Source of the DNA: Rhodoluna sp.
GTDB taxonomy: Bacteria > Actinomycetota > Actinomycetes > Actinomycetales > Microbacteriaceae
Direction: 5' to 3'
Length of the DNA: 64,000 nucleotides
NCBI GenBank assembly: GCA_030831605.1
Contig: JAURKU010000006.1
Location: 7,704-71,703, forward strand
In this document: positions 8,878-17,993 of the stretch, in pieces
How positions within the stretch are numbered: the first letter of the stretch is position 1
Layout of the letters: every line of letters begins with the position of its first letter
Translations under genes and position numbers: made by a program
Notes under the pieces: generated by a model
What the model was told of the DNA's origin: nothing
The model's database searches: none
Seen by the model: only the letters and a program-made list of their open reading frames with translations

Positions 8878-9660
8878 ATGAGCGAAGTTCTATCTTTCAA
8901 GAACCTAACGCTGGTGCGGGATGGCAAAAACATACTTGAAGACGTATCTTGGTCTGTCTCTGCCGACCAGCGCTGGGTAATTGTTGGGCCAAATGGTGCG
9001 GGGAAGACAAGCCTGCTTAAACTGGCCGCGGCTCAGCTTCAACCAAGTTCCGGATCAGCTCAGATCCTAGGTGAGACTCTCGGTGAGATTAATGTTTTTG
9101 AACTTCGCACCAGAATAGGTTTTGCCTCTTCTGCCGTCGCTGGTCGTATCCCAAATTCAGAGCCGGTACTCGATGCAGTTATGACTGCTAGTTATGCGAT
9201 CACTGGTCGTTTCAAAGAGAAATACGATGAAGTAGATATACGCAGGGCGAAACGTGTGCTCAAGGAGTGGGACTTAGGACACCTGGCAGACAGGGCTTTC
9301 GGAACACTCAGCGATGGCGAAAAAAAGCGTACTCAAATTGCCAGGGCTGTTATGCCTGATCCTGAATTACTTTTGCTTGATGAGCCAGTTGCCAGCTTGG
9401 ACATTGGTTCGAGGGAGGCGACGATAAAGATACTAAGCGGCTACGCTTCCCATCCAAAAGCGCCGGCGATTGTTATGGTCACCCATCACTTGGAGGAAAT
9501 ACCTTCAGGCTTCACCCATGCCTTGGTGCTAAATAATGGAAAGATCCTAGAAGCTGGCCCGATAACTCAGACGCTAACTACCGAAAAACTTAGTGCTGCC
9601 TATGGGCTAGAGCTCGAAGTCGCCCTAATTGGTGGGCGTTTCACCGTTCGGGCAAAATAA
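8878..9660 (+). CDS. Orphan ABC transporter ATP-binding protein (ModF/YlmA-like)
   Basis: [26 protein letters not shown]; no adjacent permease. Confidence 0.85.
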   Translation: MSEVLSFKNLTLVRDGKNILEDVSWSVSADQRWVIVGPNGAGKTSLLKLAAAQLQPSSGSAQILGETLGEINVFELRTRIGFASSAVAGRIPNSEPVLDAVMTASYAITGRFKEKYDEVDIRRAKRVLKEWDLGHLADRAFGTLSDGEKKRTQIARAVMPDPELLLLDEPVASLDIGSREATIKILSGYASHPKAPAIVMVTHHLEEIPSGFTHALVLNNGKILEAGPITQTLTTEKLSAAYGLELEVALIGGRFTVRAK

Positions 9661-9664
9661 CCTA

Positions 9665-9716
9665 TTGAACAAGGGCAATTTGCTCTGGTATAGTTGGAAA
9701 TCGGTGCCTGAGCACC
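9665..9716 (+). promoter_or_regulatory. Promoter and 5'-leader hairpin of L31
   Basis: TTGAAC-18 nt-TATAGT with upstream TGG, then hairpin GGTGC-CTGA-GCACC at 9703-9716. Confidence 0.5.
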
Positions 9717-9745
9717 AAAAATCCATTGATTTGAAAGATAAAGCT

Positions 9746-10003
9746 ATGAAGGCCGACATCCACCCGAAGTATGAACCAGTTGTTTTCCGTGATCTAGCAT
9801 CCGGAGTCGCATTTCTTACTCGTTCAACCGTTACCTCGACCAAGACTATTGAGTGGGAAGACGGCAACACCTACCCAGTGTTTGATGTTGAAATTTCTTC
9901 CGCTTCACACCCGTTCTACACCGGTAAGCAGAGAATCCTAGACTCAGCCGGTCGCGTAGAGAGATTCAATGCTCGTTACAAGAAGTTTGGTAAGCAGAGC
10001 TAG
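9746..10003 (+). CDS. rpmE2: 50S ribosomal protein L31 type B (zinc-free)
   Basis: MKADIHPKY...[14 protein letters not shown]...GRVERF; no CxxC motifs; start is ATG 9746. Confidence 0.96.
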   Translation: MKADIHPKYEPVVFRDLASGVAFLTRSTVTSTKTIEWEDGNTYPVFDVEISSASHPFYTGKQRILDSAGRVERFNARYKKFGKQS

Positions 10004-10012
10004 TTGTTCTTA

Positions 10013-10045
10013 AGAATTGGGCCTCGTGTCGGGGCCCAATTTCTA
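10013..10045. terminator. Intrinsic terminator between convergent L31 and exonuclease genes
   Basis: AATTGGGCCTCG-tgt-CGGGGCCCAATT hairpin flanked by A/T-rich tails. Confidence 0.75.
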
Positions 10046-10046
10046 T

Positions 10047-10778
10047 TTAAAGCTTCTTGATTGGCCAGCCAAAGGACGGAACATAGTCGGGTCGATCCTG
10101 TTTGCGCCAGGCTGAATAACTCTCTTCAATCTCATCTGCCCATTTGGTTTGCATTTCATGAAGTTGCTGAAGCGAAGAGGGGAAAGGAACTACTGGTTTG
10201 TCTTGAGCTAGGAAGTAACGCAGCATTGCAAACCCCACTTGGCCGGCAGCAACTGCGTCGTCTTTTGCAGTATGGGCATTTTCTAGAGAAACCTTGTAAC
10301 GTTCGGCTACAGATTCTAAGGTTCTCTTGCCTTTGCGATACTTATCGATTGTTTTGTCAATCACCAGAGGGTCAATTACAAAGCCGAATTCGACTGGGTT
10401 TAATCCGTGTCGCAGTGCCTCGTAGTAGAGAATCGTAAAGTCGTATGGGGCGTTGTATGCCACCACCGGAATGCCGCGTGAAAAATAATCCTGAATTGCA
10501 GAAACAATCTCGAGGACTCCGTCTTTGCTTTCTTGGGCATTAACAACATCCTTGTCATAGACGTTGTGAACTCGGCTTGCCTCTGCTGGAATCGGAATTC
10601 CTGGGTTGATCAGCCAGTCTTTGCCCCCGTCAAGCACATTCCCAGCTGCATCAACAAGATGCAAGGCCGCTGTTACGATTCTGGATTCTTTCAGGTTCAG
10701 GCCCGTTGTTTCGGTATCGAAAACCGCGACAACATTTAGCCAAGCAGGAAGTTCTAGTTTTGCAGATTCTGTATTCAC
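10047..10778 (-). CDS. DEDDh 3'-5' exonuclease (DnaQ/epsilon family)
   Basis: FDTETTG, AYNAPYD, AHTAKDDA; GTG start, probably leaderless. Confidence 0.9.
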   Translation of the reverse strand: MNTESAKLELPAWLNVVAVFDTETTGLNLKESRIVTAALHLVDAAGNVLDGGKDWLINPGIPIPAEASRVHNVYDKDVVNAQESKDGVLEIVSAIQDYFSRGIPVVAYNAPYDFTILYYEALRHGLNPVEFGFVIDPLVIDKTIDKYRKGKRTLESVAERYKVSLENAHTAKDDAVAAGQVGFAMLRYFLAQDKPVVPFPSSLQQLHEMQTKWADEIEESYSAWRKQDRPDYVPSFGWPIKKL

Positions 10779-10784
10779 CTCTTC

Positions 10785-10807
10785 AGACTAGTAGCCCTCG
10801 CTGACAA
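10785..10807 (-). promoter_or_regulatory. PafBC-type (RecA-independent DNA-damage) promoter
   Basis: The minus strand reads tTGTCAG-cgagggctac(10 nt)-TAGTCT-6 nt-GTG, matching TGTCRG-N10-TANNNT. Confidence 0.7.
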
Positions 10808-10884
10808 AAGGTCTTGACCTCGGCTTATTACGGCGCTGAGACTAGTATTTAATAGATGTCATTACTTAGGGGTGTCTAAATCAC

Positions 10885-11775
10885 ATGGTTTCAGCGAAGG
10901 TTCTAATGGAACGAGCTCAAGCCAGAACTCAAAAGAAGAGCATTCTGGTGAACGGGGTGCGCTGTGATTACTGGTTTTATCCAGCCAAAAGGGCAAACGC
11001 TAAAAACCTTGTTGTGGTCCACGGTTACCGGGGTGACCACCATGGTCTAGAGTCATTCGCTGGGGGACTCGAGGAATTCAACGTTTACTCACCTGATATT
11101 CCAGGATTCGGCAGCAGCCAACCGCTCGAAGTAGAGCACAATTTAGAAAACTATGTCGACTGGCTGATAAATTTCACCAACGCCGTTGGACTTGTTAGAC
11201 CAGTAGCGATCGGGCATTCTTTTGGAACACTCTTGGTCTGTGGCGCTGAGTCCAAAAAACCAACGTTTGAGGCAATTGTCTGCATAAACCCTGTTGCCGG
11301 TGGGGTAACTAAAGGTCTATCCAGATTCCTAATGCAATTTGTCAAAGGTTACTACTGGCTGGCTCACAAAATGCCGGAAGCATTTGGACTTATGATGTTG
11401 AAAACCCCGCTACTGGTTGATTCGATGAGCGCATATACGACCAAGTCACGTGACAAGGCTTTGAGGTATTGGATCAAGAAACAACACCAGATGCACTTCA
11501 ACAGCTTTGCAAACTCACACGTGGTTTGGGAAAGTTATGTCGCCTCGGTATCCCATACATTGCAACCATTTGTGGGAAATTTAAAGTGTCCGATGCTTTT
11601 GGTTGCAGCTGAAAAAGACGAAGTTACTCCCGTTTCAGCTGTGATTAAGTTGGCCGATCGTCTTCCAAATGCCCGAATGTATCAGATATACAATTGCGGG
11701 CATCTGGTTCACTATGAGGCTGCAGAAGAAACGGTTGAGCAGATAATCGCTTTTGTAAACGATTTGAAATCCTGA
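10885..11775 (+). CDS. Alpha/beta-fold hydrolase
   Basis: HGYRG, PDIPGFG, nucleophile GHSFG, KDEVTP, GHLVHYE. Confidence 0.88.
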   Translation: MVSAKVLMERAQARTQKKSILVNGVRCDYWFYPAKRANAKNLVVVHGYRGDHHGLESFAGGLEEFNVYSPDIPGFGSSQPLEVEHNLENYVDWLINFTNAVGLVRPVAIGHSFGTLLVCGAESKKPTFEAIVCINPVAGGVTKGLSRFLMQFVKGYYWLAHKMPEAFGLMMLKTPLLVDSMSAYTTKSRDKALRYWIKKQHQMHFNSFANSHVVWESYVASVSHTLQPFVGNLKCPMLLVAAEKDEVTPVSAVIKLADRLPNARMYQIYNCGHLVHYEAAEETVEQIIAFVNDLKS

Positions 11776-12860
11776 TGGATACGATACATTTCGATGCTCG
11801 TTTCATTCGTTTGGACTACCACGATGGCATTAGCCGATTCAGTGTTGAACTTATAAAAGCCCTATCCAAAGACCAAGAGGTTGTAGCGATAATCCACGAT
11901 CTTAGACAGTTAGATTTTCTACCCAAGGGAACCAACTTTATTCTCGTCAATTCACCTGAATCTCCAGCAGAGCTTTTTATAGCTAAAAAGCTAAATAAAG
12001 AAGGTGCGAAGCTTGTCTTCTCACCGATGCAGGTAATGGGAAGTTGGGGAAGAAAATACAAACTAGTGCTGACCCTGCATGATCTGATTTATTACCGGCA
12101 TAGGAAGCCTCCACAGGATTTATCGCCACTAATTAGGGCCATCTGGCGGCTTTATCACTTAAGTTTCGTGCCGCAAAGAATCCTGCTAAATCGAGCAGAT
12201 GTCGTGGTCACAGTGTCTGAGACGACTAAAAAACTAATTGAAAAGTATCGGCTGACTAGACGTCCCGTTGAAATTGTCTATAACGCAGTAGCGCACATAA
12301 GTTCGATTCCCAGGAAAATGCCAAAATCAAGAGAAATCTTCTACGTTGGATCATTCATGCCTTATAAAAACGTGGAAACACTTGTCAAAGCGGCTGGGCT
12401 GAAGCCTGGTTTCACGCTCAATTTAGTTAGCAAAATCACGCCAGAACGGGAAAAAGAATTGCAGAGACTTGCCGATACAGTCTCGGCTAATGTTGTTTTT
12501 CACCATGGAGTCAGCGACGAGAAATATCGAGAGATCTTAGATACCGCCTTCGCATCGGTATCAGCTAGCCGAGATGAGGGTTTTGGGATTCCTTTGGTTG
12601 AGGCTATGGCTTCGGGATTACCCGTGGTCGTATCTGAATTAGACATATTCCAAGAAGTAGCCGGATCAGCCGGAACTTTCTTTAATCCAAACTCGGAAGC
12701 AGATCTCGCGGCAGCGCTAACCGCGCTCGAGAAAACTGAAACTTGGGAGGCTAAATCCAAAGCTTCATTGACCAGAGCGAAACTATTTGATTGGGATAAA
12801 TCTGCTGAGAAACTAAGTGAAATTCTCAATCGGCTAAGCTCTGCACGCAATAATCACTAA
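11775..12860 (+). CDS. GT4 family glycosyltransferase
   Basis: TLHDLI, YKNV and EGFGIPLVEAM (EX7E); start overlaps the hydrolase stop (TGATG). Confidence 0.9.
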   Translation: MDTIHFDARFIRLDYHDGISRFSVELIKALSKDQEVVAIIHDLRQLDFLPKGTNFILVNSPESPAELFIAKKLNKEGAKLVFSPMQVMGSWGRKYKLVLTLHDLIYYRHRKPPQDLSPLIRAIWRLYHLSFVPQRILLNRADVVVTVSETTKKLIEKYRLTRRPVEIVYNAVAHISSIPRKMPKSREIFYVGSFMPYKNVETLVKAAGLKPGFTLNLVSKITPEREKELQRLADTVSANVVFHHGVSDEKYREILDTAFASVSASRDEGFGIPLVEAMASGLPVVVSELDIFQEVAGSAGTFFNPNSEADLAAALTALEKTETWEAKSKASLTRAKLFDWDKSAEKLSEILNRLSSARNNH

Positions 12861-13404
12861 CTGACCAAAGCCCATCCAAGTGAACTAGCCGGTTGAGGCT
12901 TAAGTTCTCAAGACGATCATTTGATAGCGGTAGTTCACCATGCGAGGCAAGTTTGATTAGTTTTCTGATTAACGACCCGTGAGAAACCGCCAGAACTCTT
13001 TGGCCATCGAATTCGGTCGCCATTTTCTGCAAAAGTGCCTTTGCACGTATTTCTAGATCTTCGATACTCTCCAAGCCAATAATTGGCTCCTTGCTCTCGA
13101 ATTTGATGCGCCACTCGGTGTGAGATAGACCTTCTGCTTCTCCGAAAGACCTTTCAATAAGTTCTGGAATTATTACGACTGGAAGATTTATTTCCGCTGC
13201 TATTAATGCTGCGGTATCCCTTGCCCGTGACAGTGGGGAAGCGGCTAAAACATCCCAGTCCGATGGGTTAATTTTTGTCGCAGCAGTCTTTGCTTGCAAG
13301 ATGCCAATGTGATTCAAAGGAATATCGCTAGATCCCTGTAGGCGCAATTGAGCGTTCCAGTCTGTTTGGCCGTGTCTTACAAGCCCAAGATCTGTCTTAG
13401 TCAA
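12826..13404 (-). CDS. Histidine phosphatase (phosphoglycerate mutase-like)
   Basis: LVRHGQTDWN, SPLSRA, ERSFG, VSHG. Confidence 0.9.
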   Translation of the reverse strand: MTKTDLGLVRHGQTDWNAQLRLQGSSDIPLNHIGILQAKTAATKINPSDWDVLAASPLSRARDTAALIAAEINLPVVIIPELIERSFGEAEGLSHTEWRIKFESKEPIIGLESIEDLEIRAKALLQKMATEFDGQRVLAVSHGSLIRKLIKLASHGELPLSNDRLENLSLNRLVHLDGLWSVSDYCVQSLAD

Positions 13405-14239
13405 TTAGTAACCTCTCTAGAGCCAACGAGGTGTTTGCTTCTATTTTTGCCGTGGCCAAGCTATCTGCTCGGGTAGGGCCGATGTTCACTATCACAATTG
13501 CTTTGCCTGATTTCTGAGCCAACTTTGCAAAGCGGTATCCCGAATTTACAGTAAGCGAAGAACCAGCAACTAGTAGGCACTGAGCCTGATCCAGCAACGC
13601 CATAGAGCGCTCAACTCGATCCACCGGAACTGCTTCACCAAAGAAGACGACGTCAGGCTTGTAGATACCACCGCAATTTTTGCAGTTTGGCACTTGAAAG
13701 TTTTCGGTGCCAATCACTTCTGCGTCACCATCTGGGGTGAATTCAACGCTCGGGTCTTTTCTAATCTCGGGGTTTAGATCCTCGAGAAAGACATCCATTT
13801 CTGAGCGTGAAATTACCTGGCGGCAACTTAGGCAAATTACGCGATCCAATCTGCCATGCAAATCAATAACATTCCGGCTACCGGCTTGCTGGTGAAGTCC
13901 GTCAACATTTTGGGTGACTAACGCTACGACTGAGCCGGTGAGCTCCGCTTGGGCCAAACTGAAGTGACCTGGATTGGGCTTTGCCATGGCAATTCTTGAC
14001 CAACCAACGTAGCTACGAGCCCAATACTTTTGCTGAGCTTGAAACGACCCCATAAACGTGTCGTACGTCATCGGATGGCGAGCTACGCGTCCTTCACCTC
14101 GATAATCTGGAATACCTGAGTCCGTGCTTAAGCCTGCACCGGTGAGCACAAGTATCTTCTTTCCGGCGATTCGCTCGCGAGCAACTTCAATTGAATAATT
14201 AGCTGCGTCAGAAAGCTGTGGGTTTTCGAGTTGGGACAT
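13397..14239 (-). CDS. Sir2 family NAD-dependent deacylase (class II/SIRT4-like)
   Basis: GAGLSTDSGIPDYRG, TQNVDGLH, CxxC...CxxC, KPDVVFFGE, GSSL. Confidence 0.92.
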   Translation of the reverse strand: MSQLENPQLSDAANYSIEVARERIAGKKILVLTGAGLSTDSGIPDYRGEGRVARHPMTYDTFMGSFQAQQKYWARSYVGWSRIAMAKPNPGHFSLAQAELTGSVVALVTQNVDGLHQQAGSRNVIDLHGRLDRVICLSCRQVISRSEMDVFLEDLNPEIRKDPSVEFTPDGDAEVIGTENFQVPNCKNCGGIYKPDVVFFGEAVPVDRVERSMALLDQAQCLLVAGSSLTVNSGYRFAKLAQKSGKAIVIVNIGPTRADSLATAKIEANTSLALERLLID

Positions 14240-14263
14240 TAGTTAGCAGTTTACTAACTGTGT

Positions 14264-15067
14264 TTAGTTGAGGATGGACCGACAGCCTGACTCATGAGGG
14301 AATAGTGGTCGAAGGGTTAAACGCCAGATTTTTCCATTAGAACTAAATCTTGAAGCTGAATTTAACTTAGGGAGCATTGCATTCAGAGTCCTGTTTTCGG
14401 TCACTGACATTTCAGTGCAGGTACCGGTAAATTGCAATGGTTTAGCGCCAAACCACTTACGCACTTGCCCGTAATTATCTTTAGCAGTCTCGGTCGCCAT
14501 GTATACCCATTTGGTTGGAGTCCAAACAGTCGGTCTTGATCTCGTCCACATCAGCTCTGAACTGAAAGCCTCTACTTTATCGATGAAAGCCGAAGCTTCT
14601 TTTCTTGCCGTTGCTTTTGATTTCGGAGAAACTCCGTAGTGCCAACCAAGTGCGTAGATTGAAACCCGTGTCTGTGGTCCTCTAGGTGAGGATTGAGTGA
14701 GCACCATTGTGTTGGGCAAATCTGTAACTTGGGGGATTCCCCAGTCGAATTTCGGGTCAGCTAGGTTAACTTTTGCTGCCGCAGCAACAATTCGCTGGAC
14801 GGCTGCCGGCTCGCGTTTTTGTAAAAAGGTAGCAACTATTGGGCCTGGGTATTGGAGCGTTTGAACAGGAACTCGAGTAATCAATTGCCCATCGCTGTAT
14901 AAAACCGTAGGGGTTCTTTCAAAAGCCCATTCCATGGTTGTGTAGCCACCGGTCTCCTGAATCAGAAGGGAAACATACTTCGGAGACGGGGTAATTGCCT
15001 GCGCTGAACCCTGAAAGGCTAGGCCCGAAAACACGCCAACTAGGGCGACGGCCTTGATCAGTTTCAT
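14264..15067 (-). CDS. Secreted hypothetical protein
   Basis: Signal peptide ending AQA; 267 aa; TGG, YSDG, YPGP, YAL and LRPLFP..GC motifs; two Cys. Confidence 0.75.
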   Translation of the reverse strand: MKLIKAVALVGVFSGLAFQGSAQAITPSPKYVSLLIQETGGYTTMEWAFERTPTVLYSDGQLITRVPVQTLQYPGPIVATFLQKREPAAVQRIVAAAAKVNLADPKFDWGIPQVTDLPNTMVLTQSSPRGPQTRVSIYALGWHYGVSPKSKATARKEASAFIDKVEAFSSELMWTRSRPTVWTPTKWVYMATETAKDNYGQVRKWFGAKPLQFTGTCTEMSVTENRTLNAMLPKLNSASRFSSNGKIWRLTLRPLFPHESGCRSILN

Positions 15068-15173
15068 CTATAAATTCCCTAAAAGAAGTACTTACTTACA
15101 TTCTCTAACTTAATTCAGTCACTTATCCAGATATACGCGCTTGGATTCGATTCACAGGGAATTGCCAAAAACG

Positions 15174-15257
15174 TGTCCGAAAGGGGACTTGAACCCCTAC
15201 CCTCGTAATGAGGACTAGCACCTCAAGCTAGCGCGTCTACCATTCCGCCACCCGGAC
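15174..15257 (-). tRNA. tRNA-Leu(GAG)
   Basis: GTCCGGGTGGCGGAATGGTAGACGCGCTAGCTTGAGGTGCTAG...GGTTCAAGTCCCCTTTCGGACA; long variable arm, discriminator A, CCA not encoded. Confidence 0.96.
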
Positions 15258-15343
15258 TTTGGGTGATGCAGGTTTGATTTTACTACTAAAGCCTTAGATA
15301 AAAATTTCCACATTATTCGGCTAACCAGGAGTAGTTTGGATGC

Positions 15344-15562
15344 ATGGCGCAGGATGCAAGACAATCACTAAACCAGTTTGTTGCGGCACTGGAGAGACAC
15401 TTTGAAGCGGTTGCTAGCGGGCGGGGTAGCGATGACCCGGCGGTGCTCCAATCTTATGAAACCCTAAAAAGTGCCTTCCTTGACTATGAAGAGTCCTTAT
15501 CCGATCAGTTCGGTGAATTTCTACCTATGGAGCTAGCTGAGGACGAAGACGACTGGGCATGA
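15344..15562 (+). CDS. Small acidic conserved actinobacterial hypothetical protein
   Basis: 72 aa helical ORF (ALERHFEA...DDPAV), leaderless-type -10, ATGA overlap with uppP. Confidence 0.72.
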   Translation: MAQDARQSLNQFVAALERHFEAVASGRGSDDPAVLQSYETLKSAFLDYEESLSDQFGEFLPMELAEDEDDWA

Positions 15563-16398
15563 ATTTTCTCCAAGCGATAATCCTTGGAGTTGTTCAAGGT
15601 CTAACTGAATTTTTACCTGTTTCTTCATCCGCTCACGTCCAAATCGCCTCTGAACTCATGCGTGTTCCGGGGTTATCTGATGAGAATTCATCAACCACAG
15701 CCTTTATTGCCACTATCCAACTTGGCACAGAATTAGCCGTGATCCTTTACTTCGCCAAAGACATTTGGCGCTTGATGCGGGCGTGGTTCAAAGGATTTTT
15801 TCATTTTGAAGCAAGAATAGAGCAAGACTACAAACTTTCCTGGCTAGTGATTGTTGCTTCACTGCCGGTTGGGATAGCTGGCCTGGCATTTAGGCATTTC
15901 ATAGAAGAGACTGTTAGAACCCTCTGGGTGATTGCCTTCACTTTGATAATTTTTGGAATCGTTTTATACGTTGCCGACCGATCGGGTCGCCACAGCAAAA
16001 CAGCAAAAGATTTGAATTGGAATTCAGCACTACTTTTTGGCTTCGGTCAAATGCTTTCGGTAATCCCAGGGGTCTCACGCTCAGGCGCAAGTATAAGCTT
16101 CGGTCTTTTCGCCGGTTTCAAGCGGGTTGATGCTGCAAGATTTGCTTTCCTAATCGGAATACCCGCGGTTCTAGCTAGCGGTATTTTGCAATTTCAAGCT
16201 AGCTACGCAAACCTTGATAGCGAGCAACTGAGCGGAACAATTGTTGCAACAATCACCTCGTTCGTTGTTGGCTACTTGGTTATTGCCGGATTACTTAAGT
16301 ATCTAAGTCGCGGTTCTTTTCTACCCTTTGTGATTTGGCGAGTGGCAGTTGGCGTTCTGCTTATAGTTTTGCTATCGCTTGGTCTAGTCCAGGCTTAG
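15559..16398 (+). CDS. uppP: Undecaprenyl-diphosphate phosphatase
   Basis: QGLTEFLPVSSSAH, PGVSRSG, AARFAF. Confidence 0.96.
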   Translation: MNFLQAIILGVVQGLTEFLPVSSSAHVQIASELMRVPGLSDENSSTTAFIATIQLGTELAVILYFAKDIWRLMRAWFKGFFHFEARIEQDYKLSWLVIVASLPVGIAGLAFRHFIEETVRTLWVIAFTLIIFGIVLYVADRSGRHSKTAKDLNWNSALLFGFGQMLSVIPGVSRSGASISFGLFAGFKRVDAARFAFLIGIPAVLASGILQFQASYANLDSEQLSGTIVATITSFVVGYLVIAGLLKYLSRGSFLPFVIWRVAVGVLLIVLLSLGLVQA

Positions 16399-17264
16399 CT
16401 TTCCTTATCGCCGGATTCTTTATTCTCGTTAGCCCTAAGGAATTGCTCAAATTCCAAAGCAAGAGCGTCAGTATTCATTTCCTCGGCTTCTGACTCGTCT
16501 CTTGCTTTTTCGAGTGACTGTATGTAATTTCCGAGATCTTCATCACCTTCAACAAAGTCATCTACAGATCTTTCCCATTCAAAGGCTGCAGTTAGCAACT
16601 CCTTGTGATCAACGCTGAAATCAAGGAATAACTCAAGTTCATTTACTAGCGCAAGAGCAGCCTTAGGTGATGGCATTGAAGCAACGTAGTGGGGGACTTG
16701 TGCCCAGATTGAGATCGTTGGTAGACCTGCTTTTTCGAAGGCATGGCCAAGCACACTCATAAAACCTGAGCGACCGTCGTAATTGCTTCGCTCGAGACCG
16801 TATGCATTGCGAACGATAGCTGATTGGCTATTCTTGTAAATCTTTATTGGGCGATTATGTGGCGCTTCAGCGGCTAATGAGCCGAGCATGATTACAGAGG
16901 TGATTTCTCGATCCTCGACAATTTCCCTAATTTCATCTCTTAGGTAAGGCCACTGAAGGGCAGGTTCTTGTCCTATTAGAAAATAAAGTGAATTCTGCTT
17001 CTCACGTGTTCTATCTTTGGCTGGGCCCCAGAATTCAATGCTCGGCCATAGAAAGTCACGATCTCCATGCTCATCCAAGACAATCACCGGACGTTGACGG
17101 AGATAATCAAAATATTCGGGATCATCGATGTTAAGTATTCTTTCCGAACCCAACTTTTCACGAATATAGTTGGCGGCTCCAGTTGCACCAGAACCAGCAT
17201 CCGTCCATCCGTCTAGTGCAACAACTAGGACTCTGCCGTTAAATACCTTTGCTGTTTCGCTCAA
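16395..17264 (-). CDS. PAC2 family (proteasome assembly chaperone-like) protein
   Basis: GWTDAG, YFDY..QRP, EP..QW, WAQVPHYV..PSPKA motifs. Confidence 0.87.
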   Translation of the reverse strand: MSETAKVFNGRVLVVALDGWTDAGSGATGAANYIREKLGSERILNIDDPEYFDYLRQRPVIVLDEHGDRDFLWPSIEFWGPAKDRTREKQNSLYFLIGQEPALQWPYLRDEIREIVEDREITSVIMLGSLAAEAPHNRPIKIYKNSQSAIVRNAYGLERSNYDGRSGFMSVLGHAFEKAGLPTISIWAQVPHYVASMPSPKAALALVNELELFLDFSVDHKELLTAAFEWERSVDDFVEGDEDLGNYIQSLEKARDESEAEEMNTDALALEFEQFLRANENKESGDKES

Positions 17265-17336
17265 GAATCAACCATTTCACCGAAGAAGCTTCATTTAGAA
17301 GACTAAATCCATTCTAAAGATTAGACTTTGCTCATA

Positions 17337-17993
17337 ATGCTAAGAAGCAAAAAATTTGCTGTCCTATTTGATATGGACGGAACCCTAATCGACTCAGAGC
17401 CTTATTGGATGGAGAGCGAGCAAGCCCTAGCCGCGGAGCATAAGGGTAAATGGACAGCCGAAGATGGGCTCGATGTTGTGGGCATGTCCTTGGATAAATC
17501 TTCACGATTACTAAAAGACAGAGCGAATATTCCTTTGGAACCAGAGGAGATAGTCGAAATACTTACCGATGAGGTACAGAAAAAACTAACTAGAGTAGTG
17601 CCTTGGCGTCCCGGCGCTAAGGAGCTTCTACAGGATCTCAGGAAGCACGGAGTTAAGACAGCGTTAGTTACCATGTCGATGCACCGCATGGCTAAGCAGG
17701 TCGTCGATGCAATAGATTTCCCAGCCTTTGACGTAATTGTTGCTGGCGATGACGTTAGAAACGGTAAACCTCATCCTGAGGCATACCTAAAGGCTGCTGA
17801 ATTGCTTGGCTTTGAACCTAAGCAGTGCATCGCCTTTGAAGATTCCATGTCTGGGCTTACCAGTGCGGAACAGGCCGGAACGATAGCAATCGGCATTCCA
17901 CACATTGTTCCGATCCCTGAAAAGCCAGGTCGAGTATTGTGGTCGACTTTAGAAGGCGTGACGTATAAACAACTTCGAAAGCTAATCAAGTGA
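17337..17993 (+). CDS. HAD superfamily phosphatase
   Basis: FDMDGTLIDSE, GKPHPEAY, FEDS. ATG 17337 is preferred over TTG 17328 because a -10 (TAGACT) lies at 17322-17327. Confidence 0.88.
   Translation: MLRSKKFAVLFDMDGTLIDSEPYWMESEQALAAEHKGKWTAEDGLDVVGMSLDKSSRLLKDRANIPLEPEEIVEILTDEVQKKLTRVVPWRPGAKELLQDLRKHGVKTALVTMSMHRMAKQVVDAIDFPAFDVIVAGDDVRNGKPHPEAYLKAAELLGFEPKQCIAFEDSMSGLTSAEQAGTIAIGIPHIVPIPEKPGRVLWSTLEGVTYKQLRKLIK

Noticed and set aside
9629-9745. N-terminal extensions in the ORF track (L31, SURF1, GDPD, DUF3043, fabG, murD)
   Set aside because: Longest-ORF artefacts; SD or promoter position and family N-termini support downstream starts.
13397-14239. Sir2 as an anti-phage effector (Thoeris/DSR type)
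   Set aside because: It is a canonical Zn-binding sirtuin in a housekeeping context with no defence partners.
14240-15173. Integrative element at the tRNA-Leu 3' end
   Set aside because: No integrase and no duplicated tRNA 3' end were found; only one cargo-like gene is present.
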